A stretch of DNA of 62,000 bases, taken from NCBI GenBank assembly GCA_951406725.2, contig OX597824.1, forward strand, positions 32,446,001 to 32,508,000, written 5' to 3'. Positions 12,471 to 28,746 of the stretch are shown here, piece after piece. Source of the DNA: Octopus vulgaris (Eukaryota). A program made the translations under genes and the position numbers. The notes beneath the pieces were generated by a model that saw only the letters and a list, made by a program, of their open reading frames with translations, had not been told where the DNA came from and ran no database searches. How positions within the stretch are numbered: position 1 is the stretch's first letter; each line of letters starts with the position of its first letter.

Positions 12471-13125
12471 ATTTAGAATGTCAAAAACACATACTTAGTG
12501 CATTAGGTACTGTCTACTAATGTTTTACAAATACTTTAATTGTTTGAACATTTGCATAAAAGTGTCTGAAAACCATGTTTCAATGATTTAGCTTTCACTT
12601 GTACCACTAAACCTTTCAGTCTTTATGTTTCATGAATACAAAATAATTCATACCTTCTATGTGTACAATGAGATATTAATAATTGATCTCAAAACCTGAA
12701 GCACTTTTTATATTTTGAGTTGAGCTATAACACTTCTAACACAGTTATTCCATTATTTCATCCTGTGATGCACTTGCACATACTACTAGTGGTGTTTCTT
12801 TCGAATCATTAGGTGTTTTCAAAACTCAGATTCCCTCACTCCAAGTGACCCAGCTAGTGTTGACCAAACCCCAGCTTGTGTCCAGTTAGTACTACCTCTG
12901 ACAGCTCTGCCTTTTCCAGGGCTCATGCCTCCTGATTCACAGCCCCCTTGAGGTATTCTCTGTTACCCCCACAGCTAGCTTAATGGCTTTTCACCTACTT
13001 GATCCCATGATGTCCAGTATGTTGTAAGCTCTGTTGATGGATTAATTAGCACAGAAAATTAGAAGAGAATATAAAGTAAGGAAATCAATTGAAGTTCTTG
13101 TATAATTTTCTTAATCAATGCTTAC

Positions 13126-13204
13126 CTTTTTAACAGCCCAGCAATCATGATAATGCTCTGCAAATTTTGAAACCACAGCTTCTAGAGCAGGATTTAAGTT
13201 AATG
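13126..13204 (-). CDS. RyR: RyR window-exon 24/33 (Repeat 3): INLNPALEAVVSKFAEHYHDCWAVKK
   Basis: Not in ORF track; tcacag acceptor, gtaagc donor; 79 nt, phase 2 to 0; AEHxHDxW RyR-repeat motif. Confidence 0.95.
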
Positions 13205-13577
13205 CTGTGAATTGAATGAGAATTAAAATATTATAACAAACACTCTGCACAAATAAATTATGTTAAAATTGCTTGATTACATTGCATATTTATTTCTTGC
13301 ACCACCAGGTAATTTTCATGACAATCACTACATTCTTATTATAGAGGAATGCAAAATAGTTTCTTAAAGCTTTTCTTCATGTGCTTGTGCTTATAAGACA
13401 CAATTATGCCAGCTAAGTGAAGGAACATATAAATTACAACTACTAAATTTTAAAGGAACAAGAATTTAACATAAGTTACAAAATAATGTTAATGAAATTG
13501 GAATAAAACAAATTTTGGTATTTGTTTTCAGGGATTCTTAATAACTGTGGAAATAGTCTTAAAATATGCAAACTTAC

Positions 13578-13732
13578 CTTTTGGTATTGACTGGATTAGG
13601 AACATACTCTGCTTCTACCCCTTGAACAGTAGAAATGTCATCTTGGTTAGTCAAGGAATAATCTGGAGACATAGCACAGCCTATAGCTGAGAGGCATGGT
13701 AAGGCCCGAGAAAACAGTTCTGGATCATAACC
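13578..13732 (-). CDS. RyR: RyR window-exon 23/33: GYDPELFSRALPCLSAIGCAMSPDYSL...YVPNPVNTK
   Basis: Not in ORF track; ctgcag acceptor, gtaagt donor; 155 nt, phase 0 to 2. Confidence 0.95.
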
Positions 13733-14399
13733 CTGCAGGTACAAATTTGAAATTTATTTTTCATTGTGAAACAGAAAATACTGACATGACTAGAATTATA
13801 ATCATAAATAAGTTTAAAATACTTCCAAGATTGTTTATCTTTTATTTTTTTACTTGTTTCAGTCATTAGACAGAGGCCATGCTGGGGCACCACATTGAAG
13901 GGTTTATTGAAAGAAATTGGCCACAGTATTACTTTTTTAAGCCTGGTGTTTATTCTATTGGTCTCTTTGTTGAACCACAAAGTTACAGGGATGTAAATGA
14001 ACCAACACCAGTTGTCAAGCAGTGGTAGGGAACAAATACAAATGAAAAAATCCACACTCATTTATAAATATATGGGCCTCCAAACAGTCTCTGTCAACCA
14101 AAGTCATTCACAAGGTTACAAAAGATACTCACTCAAGGTGCAGTGGGACTGAACCTGAAACCATGTGGTTTCAAGCAAGCCTCTTAACCACGTGCTTGTT
14201 TATGACTTTTTAAAATAAAAGTAAATGTTTATTTTTTCCTGCTGCAGTTGATTTTTACCTTACATCTCATTAGGGGTTGATGAAGTAAGTAGCAATTATT
14301 ATAATGGTGTCGATTATATTAAGTATAACTAACTACTTGCAATGCTATGGTCTGGTAACAATATATAAAAAATCAATATGAAGTTTTTGGTTTACTTAC

Positions 14400-14540
14400 T
14401 CTTTGGGCCAATGAATCAAATATGCCACTGAAAAGAACCATTGTCAGACGACGTTCTTCCTCACTTGCAGATCCAAAGGATCCCCAACCACCGTGGCTTC
14501 CATAGTAACTTCCACACCTCTCATAATGCGATGTTAACAA
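14400..14540 (-). CDS. RyR: RyR window-exon 22/33: [47 protein letters not shown]
   Basis: ttccag acceptor, gtaagt donor; 141 nt, phase 0 to 0. Confidence 0.96.
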
Positions 14541-14560
14541 CTGGAAAATTAGATAAGTAA

Positions 14561-14677
14561 GACAGTGGTTAAAAAAAGACAATGGTTAAAAAAAGACAAT
14601 GGTTAAAAAAAGACAGTGGTTAAAAAAAGATAGTGGTTAAATAAGACTGGTTAAAAAAAGACGGTGGTTTAAAAAAA
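14561..14677. repeat. 7 x about 17-bp minisatellite (gacartggttaaaaaaa)
   Basis: Units read directly; ends 20 nt from the exon 22 acceptor. Confidence 0.9.
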
Positions 14678-14987
14678 TGAATTCTGAAATATATAAAATA
14701 ACTTGGAAACTTTCAAATTGAATTTACAGTTATATTCTTATTCTAATATAATTTCAAAGTCTGAAATATGGTAAAATATTATGAAAGATGAATATTTCTT
14801 TAACTGGAAAAAAAAATGAATTCTGAAATGTATATAATAACTTGGATAACATTATTTTAAAAAATCTCACTCAAGAATCTTTCAAATTGAATTTATAGTT
14901 AAACTCTTATTCTAATATAATTTCAAAGTCTGAAATATGGTAAAATATTATGAAAGATAAATATTTCTTTAACTTGGAAAAAAAAAA
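14671..14987. repeat. Tandem duplication of about 140 bp with an indel of about 35 bp
   Basis: aaaaaaatgaattctgaaat...atatttctttaact(t)gg occurs twice. Confidence 0.85.
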
Positions 14988-15073
14988 GAGTATAAAAATG
15001 AATCAAATATACTATTGATAAAAATTTATTAAATTCAAGAAAAATTCTAAAGAAGAAAATGAAAGATTCTTAC

Positions 15074-15164
15074 TCTTAGTGGCACGACTGCACTATCAGA
15101 TAAAGCAGGTACATCCACAGTCATTTTTCTCAGAAGCTTTGTCATCATTGGTGGACGGAGTTGA
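15074..15164 (-). CDS. RyR: RyR window-exon 21/33: QLRPPMMTKLLRKMTVDVPALSDSAVVPLR
   Basis: Not in ORF track; tttcag acceptor, gtaaga donor; 91 nt, phase 2 to 0; follows a 17.8-kb intron. Confidence 0.94.
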
Positions 15165-15308
15165 CTGAAATGTACAGAAAATTCATTTGAAGATAATTGC
15201 ATATAAAATTATCACGTAACAAAACTTCACTATTATATTCTAGTTTATTTACATGAGATAGTATACAAACTAATGTTTATAATAAATAATATCAATACCA
15301 TGGTGTGC

Positions 15309-18107
<2,799 letters not shown>

Positions 18108-18160
18108 GAGAGAAGGGGAAAGAGAGAAAGAAAGAGAAAGAGAGCGAGCATATAAGGTTC

Positions 18161-18552
18161 TAACTACACTGAAACCAATGAATCCTAATGAGAATGAAAT
18201 TGTAGTTTTCAGTTATTAAGGCTGATATGTTCTCTTTAGGGGTTTAATTCCAGAATTGTTTTAGAGCAAGGCTTGAAATACTTGAGTTATTAATTCATGT
18301 GTTCTTACAGTATGTTGTGTAAAATATGACTGGATATAACAAAATAGCTCCTAGTCGTAACTACACTGAAACCAATGAATCCTAATGAGAATGAAATTGT
18401 AGTTTTCAGTTATTAAGGCTGATATGTTCACTTTAGGGTTTAATTCCAGAATTGTTTTAGAGCAAGGCTTGAAATACTTGAGTTATTAATTCATGTGTTC
18501 TTACAGTATGTTGTGTAAAATATGACTGGATATAACAAAATAGCTCCTAGTC
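18161..18552. repeat. Tandem duplication, 2 x about 196 bp
   Basis: Copies 18161-18356 and 18358-18552 differ by one substitution and one indel (tctctttagggg vs tcactttaggg). Confidence 0.92.
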
Positions 18553-18842
18553 AGCTGTACACAAGCTGACTAAGATCAAGAAAGAGCATTTAAGACACGA
18601 CCATGCCTGCTTTCTTTCTTCAAACATAGTACACCATGACTAATTGATTAATTCAATGTATCCTTTCCTTTTATAAGATGATAGAATGAAATTTGAGGAG
18701 AATTGGTTGCTATTTCTAGCCCCAAAAAATCATGATTGAATGATCAAGCAGAAACTCACATATTATAAGAAAAGTGATACCCTTACAATTAGTCACAATT
18801 ATCAGTATTATAAATAAATATTGTAAGCAGATTTATATGATT

Positions 18843-18874
<32 letters not shown>

Positions 18875-18917
18875 TGTATGTATGTATGTATGTATGTATG
18901 TATATATATATATATGT

Positions 18918-19210
18918 GGAGGCGCAATGGCCCAGTGATTAGGGCAGCAGAATCGCGGTCGGTGGATCGCGGTTTCGATTCCCAGACCAGGCGTTGTGAG
19001 TGTTTATTGAGCAAAAACACCTAAAGCTCCACGAGGCTCCGGCAGTGGGTGGTGGTGATCCCTGCTGTACTCTTTCGCCACAACTTTCTCTCACTCATTC
19101 TTCTGTTGGCCTGCTTGCTTAGCCAGCGGGGTGGCGTCATTTGAAGGCTAAAACAATGCGAACCGCATTGTGACCAGAGATGTGTAGCAACATCTGATAG
19201 ATCACGGTGA
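18918..19210 (+). mobile_element. tRNA-derived SINE, family E
   Basis: ggaggcgcaatggcccagtg (A box), ggtttcgattcc (B box). Confidence 0.78.
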
Positions 19211-20366
19211 TATATATATATATATATATTGCTTAATAAAGAAGAATTTGTGCTCATACACTGACAAACAGGATTAGTTTCAACAGTCATATTTCCTCTG
19301 GAGAACCTTACATGGCCTCAAATAACACTTGTTTGTGGCCATGAGGGTAAATGGAACTGAGGACTAACTGTCTACAGCAACATAAACTAGAGAACCCTGC
19401 ATCATCAATGAAGTCAATATTGCTCAATAAGGTGAACTCTTGGATCTGCAGAACTTTCCTACCAAAGAAGGATCTAGATGTTATCATCCTTCTTTACTTT
19501 TGCAGGGACTCATGAAGAATATGTGTCCAGCAACAGCAAACAAAATATGAAAACTGAAGGATCCTAGAAGATGCTCACAAAAACAGAAGCAGAAAGAAGA
19601 AGGAATAACAGATTTTCAGAACCCTCAGACGTTATCCTCTGAAGATTACAACATTTGTGTAATGTAAAAAATATACCAATGCCATTGCCCAAATGACATT
19701 AGAACCAAGTTTAAAAATCACCAAAAATACTAGATATCACTTAAGAAAACTGAAATCACAGCACATAACAACAGTGTGGCAGATTCTTGACACAACTAAC
19801 CTAAAACTATTCAAAACTAATCTGAGAAAATCAAGAAAGAAAAAAATAGCCATAAACTTTGAACAATGTCAGACAAATTTCTCCAAAAAATACCAGACAA
19901 ACTCTCAAAATCCAGATGTTTTAGCCAACAGTTGTTCCCTATATAAAAGTATAATAGTATCTCAAAATATGCTTCCCTTCCTTAAAGGCATCAACAGGTG
20001 GTACCAGTAAGTGTAGGTTTTATTTACATATATGCAGAATAACAAGAATATATATGCATGTGTGTGTACATACACACACACATACACATACATACATACA
20101 TGTGCATACAGTATTGATAGTAGCGTGTGGATTTTACCTATAATAATAAATGTAAAATTCTGTCTGTCTGGGACCCCTATATCTCAGTCTATTTGCTCTA
20201 CATAGACATATACCATTTTTGAATCAGGATGATCTCAGGATTGCAAATCTGCCCTTCATTTGGTTCTTGAAAATCTAGCATTGGGATCTGATTTAAAAGC
20301 ATTTGGGTTGCTATTTCTAGCAAGTAAAGCTTATATATATATATATATTTATATATGTGTGTGTGT

Positions 20367-20701
20367 GAAGGTGCATGACTCAATGGTTAGAGCGTCGAGC
20401 TTACGATCGTGAGGTTGTGAGCTTGAATCCCGGACCGGGCTGTATGTTGTGTTCTTGAGCAAGACACTTTATTTTATGTTGCTCCAGTTCATTCAGCTGT
20501 AGAAATGAGTTGCAATGTCACAGGTGCCAAGCTGTATCAGCTGTTGCTTTTCTATTGGATAACACTGGTGGCATGGAGAGGGGAGGCCAGAATGCCTGGG
20601 CGACTGCTGGTCTTCCATAAACAAACTTGCCCGGACTTGTGCCTGGGAGGATAACTTTCTAGGTGCAATCCCATGGTCTGTGTTGTGACCGAAGAGGTCT
20701 C
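20367..20701 (+). mobile_element. tRNA-derived SINE, family B
   Basis: Colinear with the 33389 copy; followed by (TA)n(TG)n. Confidence 0.83.
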
Positions 20702-20808
<107 letters not shown>

Positions 20809-20892
20809 GATGCTGGCTCATAACACAAATATAGAATTAATAATTCATGTGTTCTTACATATGTTAAATACAATGATGTGTGTGAATTCAAG

Positions 20893-21072
20893 TCTTGCTC
20901 TAATTTGATGTTGTGGCTATAATTCATATAAAGAACATATGGTTTTAGTAACTGAAGGTTCATGATTGTAACTTAGTTAGGTCTCATTCAGTTTCAGTAT
21001 GGTTCCTTTTGTCAGACAAAATTATGGTCATTTGTGAACAAGCATACAGCTGAAACAATATGACTTAATTTA

Positions 21073-21116
<44 letters not shown>

Positions 21117-21155
21117 ATATATATGCGTTCTTGTCCCAGTTTGTATTTTTATATG

Positions 21156-21209
<54 letters not shown>

Positions 21210-21921
21210 TACATTTAAAGCTTCCTGATTGATTTATCAATCATCTAAATCTAGGTGACAAGATGATATATAAACTATGTGACTGAGAGAGGAAGTAGAG
21301 TGAGTTCTAACTACACTAAAGACAAATGAAACCAAAATATGTTGAAATTGTGATCTAATGGTTCTTAAATACCTAATGTTCCTTGGTTGTATAACACATT
21401 GCAAATTGCAGCCCATGTTTTCAAGATAATTTAATAAAATAACAAATAAGGCTTAAAAAACAAAGTACTTTTTTTGAGAGATTTTAACCATCACAAATAA
21501 CATTATATCCAGCAGGTAAAAGCCAGTACGAAGCACTAAAATTAACCTCATTGCTGTTGTAGACCACTTGAATTTAGTTAAAACATTTGGAAATATCAAA
21601 CAAGGAATCATAAATTGAACAAGGGATCATAAATAACTAGTTGACTCATTTCAACATGATATAAACAGTGGTGTAGTGTTTGTATGATTTTATGAGAGGC
21701 CAAATCTAAATTGTTATTCTCTCCACAAAGAAATTTAAAGGCAAATATGTCAAAGAATTGTTTTTTCTAGCATTTTTCTTTCTCATTTTCTTTCTCATAC
21801 TTAGGGGAAGAGTAACAGCCTGAAACTTTATATTCTATTCTGTTCAAAGCAATTGAAATTATCAATCTTTCTTATTACAAGCTTTCATAGTCATTTGTTT
21901 GTAAATCAATACATGATGTGC

Positions 21922-21965
<44 letters not shown>

Positions 21966-22143
21966 TTGCTCTAATTTGATGTTGTGGCTATAATTCATAT
22001 AAAGAACATATGGTTTTAGTAACTGAAGGTTCATGATTGTAACTTAGTTAGGTCTCATTCAGTTTCAGTATGGTTCCTTTTGTCAGACAAAATTATGGTC
22101 ATTTGTGAACAAGCATACAGCTGAAACAATATGACTTAATTTA

Positions 22144-22187
<44 letters not shown>

Positions 22188-22226
22188 ATATATATGCGTT
22201 CTTGTCCCAGTTTGTATTTTTATATG

Positions 22227-22280
<54 letters not shown>

Positions 22281-22992
22281 TACATTTAAAGCTTCCTGAT
22301 TGATTTATCAATCATCTAAATCTAGGTGACAAGATGATATATAAACTATGTGACTGAGAGAGGAAGTAGAGTGAGTTCTAACTACACTAAAGACAAATGA
22401 AACCAAAATATGTTGAAATTGTGATCTAATGGTTCTTAAATACCTAATGTTCCTTGGTTGTATAACACATTGCAAATTGCAGCCCATGTTTTCAAGATAA
22501 TTTAATAAAATAACAAATAAGGCTTAAAAAACAAAGTACTTTTTTTGAGAGATTTTAACCATCACAAATAACATTATATCCAGCAGGTAAAAGCCAGTAC
22601 GAAGCACTAAAATTAACCTCATTGCTGTTGTAGACCACTTGAATTTAGTTAAAACATTTGGAAATATCAAACAAGGAATCATAAATTGAACAAGGGATCA
22701 TAAATAACTAGTTGACTCATTTCAACATGATATAAACAGTGGTGTAGTGTTTGTATGATTTTATGAGAGGCCAAATCTAAATTGTTATTCTCTCCACAAA
22801 GAAATTTAAAGGCAAATATGTCAAAGAATTGTTTTTTCTAGCATTTTTCTTTCTCATTTTCTTTCTCATACTTAGGGGAAGAGTAACAGCCTGAAACTTT
22901 ATATTCTATTCTGTTCAAAGCAATTGAAATTATCAATCTTTCTTATTACAAGCTTTCATAGTCATTTGTTTGTAAATCAATACATGATGTGC

Positions 22993-23034
<42 letters not shown>
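20893..23034. repeat. Tandem duplication, 2 x 1071 bp, apparently identical
   Basis: Copies start at 20893 and 21964; junction at a (TAT)n tract; the internal (TA)n tract I counted has the same length in both. Confidence 0.95.
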
Positions 23035-23046
<12 letters not shown>

Positions 23047-23420
23047 CATTATTATTATTATAACATCATCATCATTATTGTTGCTGTTGTTGTTTCAAGC
23101 CCATCTTCTTCAGCAGCCAGAAACATCATTTATTCAAAAAAAACATGGTAACTATCTGAAAAGTACTCAGTCTATATTACTTTCCTAATCTTTATTTAAC
23201 TGGTACTAGGCCAATTACTTGAATGAACTTGAAGGGATAAATATGCATACATACATATATATATACATACATACATAAATTTACATTTCTTTTCTGATGC
23301 ATGAAGCAATGGCTGCAAGTTTGGTTTATAAATACACTGATTGCAAATGAATTGACATACTATTTACTATTGAAACACATGTAGCATATATTACCAGTCA
23401 TTATCTATTCATCTTCATTT

Positions 23421-23456
<36 letters not shown>

Positions 23457-24100
23457 AATATCCACTCATACACTTGCTAAGCACTTTAAATGTCTACTAA
23501 AATTTAGATATATAAAACACCTAGTTTTGTATGTCTTACCATCACATTGACAAGTCGACTCAATAGTTTTCTCACAGGAAAAAAATTATCTTTCTGATAT
23601 CAAATGTTTATCAACCATCTAAGGAACACACACATACACACACAAAAGAAGTAAAAAGAAAACATCACAACACCTTATGTATCACAAAACATTCCAATAA
23701 ATCTTTTAGGCATGAATAAATTAAAATCTATTCACTTGTTGATAACCTTAAGCTGAATATTCACAAGTAGCATGCAATACCATGAATAAGTCGCAAATAA
23801 CAAGGACTACTATTTTATAGGAAATGTAGTGACTTTGGTAGGAAAATTAACAACAATTTAATTTTGTAAAAGATTATAATTGTCCTAAACATCGTTATTA
23901 GATTTATCTAGATTTCATTCATCTTATTTTTTTTTAAAATTATTCATTTAGTCAGTTTAGCTAAAGTGTTATTAACTATTTAGGTTATTTTGAGGTATTC
24001 TTAATTTTCTAGAATTAAATACACTTACAAATGACAATTTAAGAAACTAAATATAAATAGTAACTAATTCCATTGAAAGTAACATAATAAATATCTATAT

Positions 24101-24385
24101 TTTAATAAGCATATCCCTAATTTTTCACTAATATAATTATAGTTTTTTTTAAAATTCTTAGTAAACTTGTTTTGAAACATTTTTCTGGTTATAAAACAAG
24201 ATGACAATAAAGGAAATATATTGCACAGATTTATTAATTATTTAATAAGCATTTCCCTAATTTTTCACTAATGTAATTATAGTTTTTTATAAATTCTTAG
24301 TAAACTTGTTTTGAAACATTTTTCTGGTTATAAAACAAGATGACAATAAAGGAAATATATATTGCACAGATTTATTAATTATTTT
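24101..24385. repeat. Tandem duplication, 2 x about 140 bp
   Basis: tttaataagcat.tccctaa... starts at 24101 and 24241. Confidence 0.9.
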
Positions 24386-25481
24386 TTTATAGAAATAATA
24401 TAAATGCATTGTGTTGCATTCTAATGTGTAATAGATGAACAAAAACATGGTTGAATATCGAACAAGACCACCACAGCAGTGCATAGATTTGTATATTTAC
24501 ACAAATATTGCCAATAACTAAAACTGGTCACAATATTGATTGACAGATACACAAACAGTAAACAGAAAAGCAACAGTGACTGATAGTTTATAAAACACCC
24601 ATGCTACTAGATTCAATATTTCACCTTCGTTGCAGGGGAAGATGTCATTTATAAAATCTATATATATTTTTTCAAAATAAAACTAAATTATTGAGATTTT
24701 CTTTATTACTGCAAATCTCCAGCCCTGTTAACATTAATTTCTAAAAATCTATATTCTTTTATATTGGAAAAAATTTAATTTATATCAGACTGTTTAGTAA
24801 TTCCTCAAAAAGATTTGTTTGACCACAACAATTATGTCATTTTTAAGAATAAACCCAAAATTACGATGTATATACTTTTTGGAAACTAATATATGCAGTC
24901 AAACAATATTTAAAAGTTGCATTTACCATAAAGACTTATAAGATATTGACACAGACTATAAAATAATCTTTGAATTATTGTTAAGATTACTTACAGGCTT
25001 AATTTTCTAATACTTCTACATTTAATTCTTTTTACCAAAATATTTTTATAAGTTTCACTGTATATCTTTTATTAAATTTCTGTTTTCCGTGAGAAGAACG
25101 ACTGCTTTTATAAATCTTTTTATTTTCTTTACTTTGAATTTTTTGGTTAAATATATCAAGACAATCTGAAGAGTGTCATCTTTTGAAGCATAACTCAACT
25201 CAAGCTACTTTATTTAATCAAATCAATCTGCATGAATGCATTTGTATATTTATGTGTTATGACATTATTTTGCCTGAAGAACTTAAATTTGTCATTTCTG
25301 CTCTTTGTCTGAGAACAGCATTGATTATATACATATATATATTTTTCATTTTTGATATAGGGTAAAAAATTATCAATTTAATAATTAACAAATTTCACCA
25401 AGTACCTTCGGTATGGAAAAAAACAACATTATTGGTAAAAACTTATACAAAAATTTTTTTTATAATTATAAATATAATTAA

Positions 25482-25668
25482 GGGTTTAGCAAAAAGTTGC
25501 TTCATCACATACTGAAAATTTAGAAATAGCAGTCAAAAACTGATAATTCTTTTAACTACAGTATAACTCCACAGACTGTGGAGTTATATTGTAGTTAAAA
25601 GAATTTGCGGTTTTTGACTGCTATTTCTAAATTTTCGGTATGTGGTGAAGCAACTTTTTGCTAAACCC
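25482..25668. mobile_element. Fully palindromic 187-bp MITE with TTAA flanks and GG..CC termini (Kolobok-type ends)
   Basis: TTAA at 25478-81 and 25669-72. Arms of 93 bp symmetric about 25575 with 6 non-Watson-Crick positions. Confidence 0.75.
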
Positions 25669-26679
25669 TTAATTATCTTTATATATATATTTTTTTCTAT
25701 ATACACATTCATGCTTATGTACAGTGTCTTATATAATGCTAATATTATTGCACTCATCTAAACTCATAAACAGTTATGTTACTTTAATGATTCTTTCAGC
25801 AACTGAATATTTTAGTATTAAGTTAAACCATAGAATTGATCGATCTGAAGAGAAATAGATTGAAGAGTTAAATGAGGACAGGAGTTTACTCTAGAGTAAA
25901 CTATTTGATGATGATTGAAGAGACTCCTTGTTAAGTGGTGGTGATGAGAGAGGATTTAGCATTCAGTGACTGTGAGGGTGATGACATTAGTGAGAAGGTG
26001 AAAATATCTGAATGCTTGCTCACAATTCAAGAAGTGAGATAACTTGCTGGCTGTGATACAGAAGAAAAACTTTTGCTTTCTTGATGGAAGGTGATCTTAC
26101 AGGCATTGCATTAGGCAGCAAATGTCTTTTAGCTGCTGATGGGATGTGAGAGACATGCAAGTTGATAAGTGTCATCCAGTCAGCTACCTTAGTTGGATAA
26201 GAAACTAATTTGCTGATAAATGTATTCAAAATAGGAATGGCAGAACTTCGTATGGGTAACTGAGGAAGTGTGAAAACAGTTGAGGGTAAGGTTTGTTGTG
26301 TAGTAAAATGATGTGATACATTGGTTAGGCAACAATTAACTTTATTTAGCAATACAATTACAAAATCTGAAATTTATTATATGCTAAATATTTGACTAAG
26401 AAAGTACACATGTTTCTGTAAATACCAGTAGCAGATGAAGCAGCTAAAAGTATAAAATGTAGGATTATAACCATGTGATATTCATTGATACCTCACTGCC
26501 AGTTTATCATACATCTTAAAGGGATAGAGATTTACCTACCACACTATAAATTATTTATAGAATTTAAACTAACAAAAACCTAGTGAAAGCTAACTTACAA
26601 AACACAAGCTTCTTAAGTATAACAATATTTTCCTTCTCAGATTTAACTACATAAACTAATTTGATACACACACAAACAC

Positions 26680-27860
<1,181 letters not shown>

Positions 27861-28746
27861 TGTATTAGGAGGTTTGGAGATGAAGTACAGGTATCATATA
27901 TTAGAAGAAATAAGGTACTCAGAAATCTGGATGGTTTTATATTTACAGATATTTATTAATATGGCACATGTTTTTATAAATCATATGATAGTGCTTGCAT
28001 CCACTCTAGTGGAAGACTCCAGTAGAGTGGATGCAAGCAATTTTAATGCAGGGCTATCCTCAGCTGCATAAATAAATAAACATAATTTTTTAATCAGTTG
28101 GACACATTAATATAATTATATAAGTTTACTTAAATACTCTAATAGAGTAAGAAGGCAAGAAAGGTCCATACTGCCAGTACTTCAGCTTAGAAGCTACTAT
28201 ATATATATATATATATCTTAGAACTATATTTCTTTCACAAGTGTCTTGTATTGGAATTTACCCAATTACATTGAATCAACAAAATTGCATCAGTTACCAG
28301 GTTATAGATGTGTACCAAAACTTTTTACACTAATAAAAATAATCATATTATAAAAACAAGCCAAATATGAGTGCATCAGGCTTTGTTTGTTAACTGGCTA
28401 AAATGAATTTTCCATAAAATTATTGATTATAGGTGTGCATAAGCTTATGAATGTATGCATGTATGTTTGTATTCGTAAATGCATGTATGAATATTTATTT
28501 ATGTGGATAGGTCTATATATGTATGTGTGTGTGCATGCATATTTAGGTATACATACATAAATACTTATTATTAAATATGTGACTGATATAGAGATTCTCT
28601 GTATGACCTAGATTACAGTACCTTGTAACATTTCTCCTAAATGCTGGTACCTTATCAAGAATTGTACGGTTATTATTTTCTTTTTTATTTCTTCCTGCTC
28701 ATATATGTTCTGCTAGTACTGTGGTATTATTCAGATGTTTATTATA

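Noticed and set aside
19260-20010. ORF 19693-20010 and upstream purine-rich stretch as a nested gene
   Set aside because: No recognisable domain or splice pattern; may be a decayed LINE but I cannot support a call
25850-26360. Possible piggyBac transposase relic or ORF 26020-26352
   Set aside because: Acidic-looking fragments only; no catalytic motifs or termini found
27992-28060. Helitron 3' end
   Set aside because: Hairpin is present but there is no CTRR terminus at the expected distance on either strand
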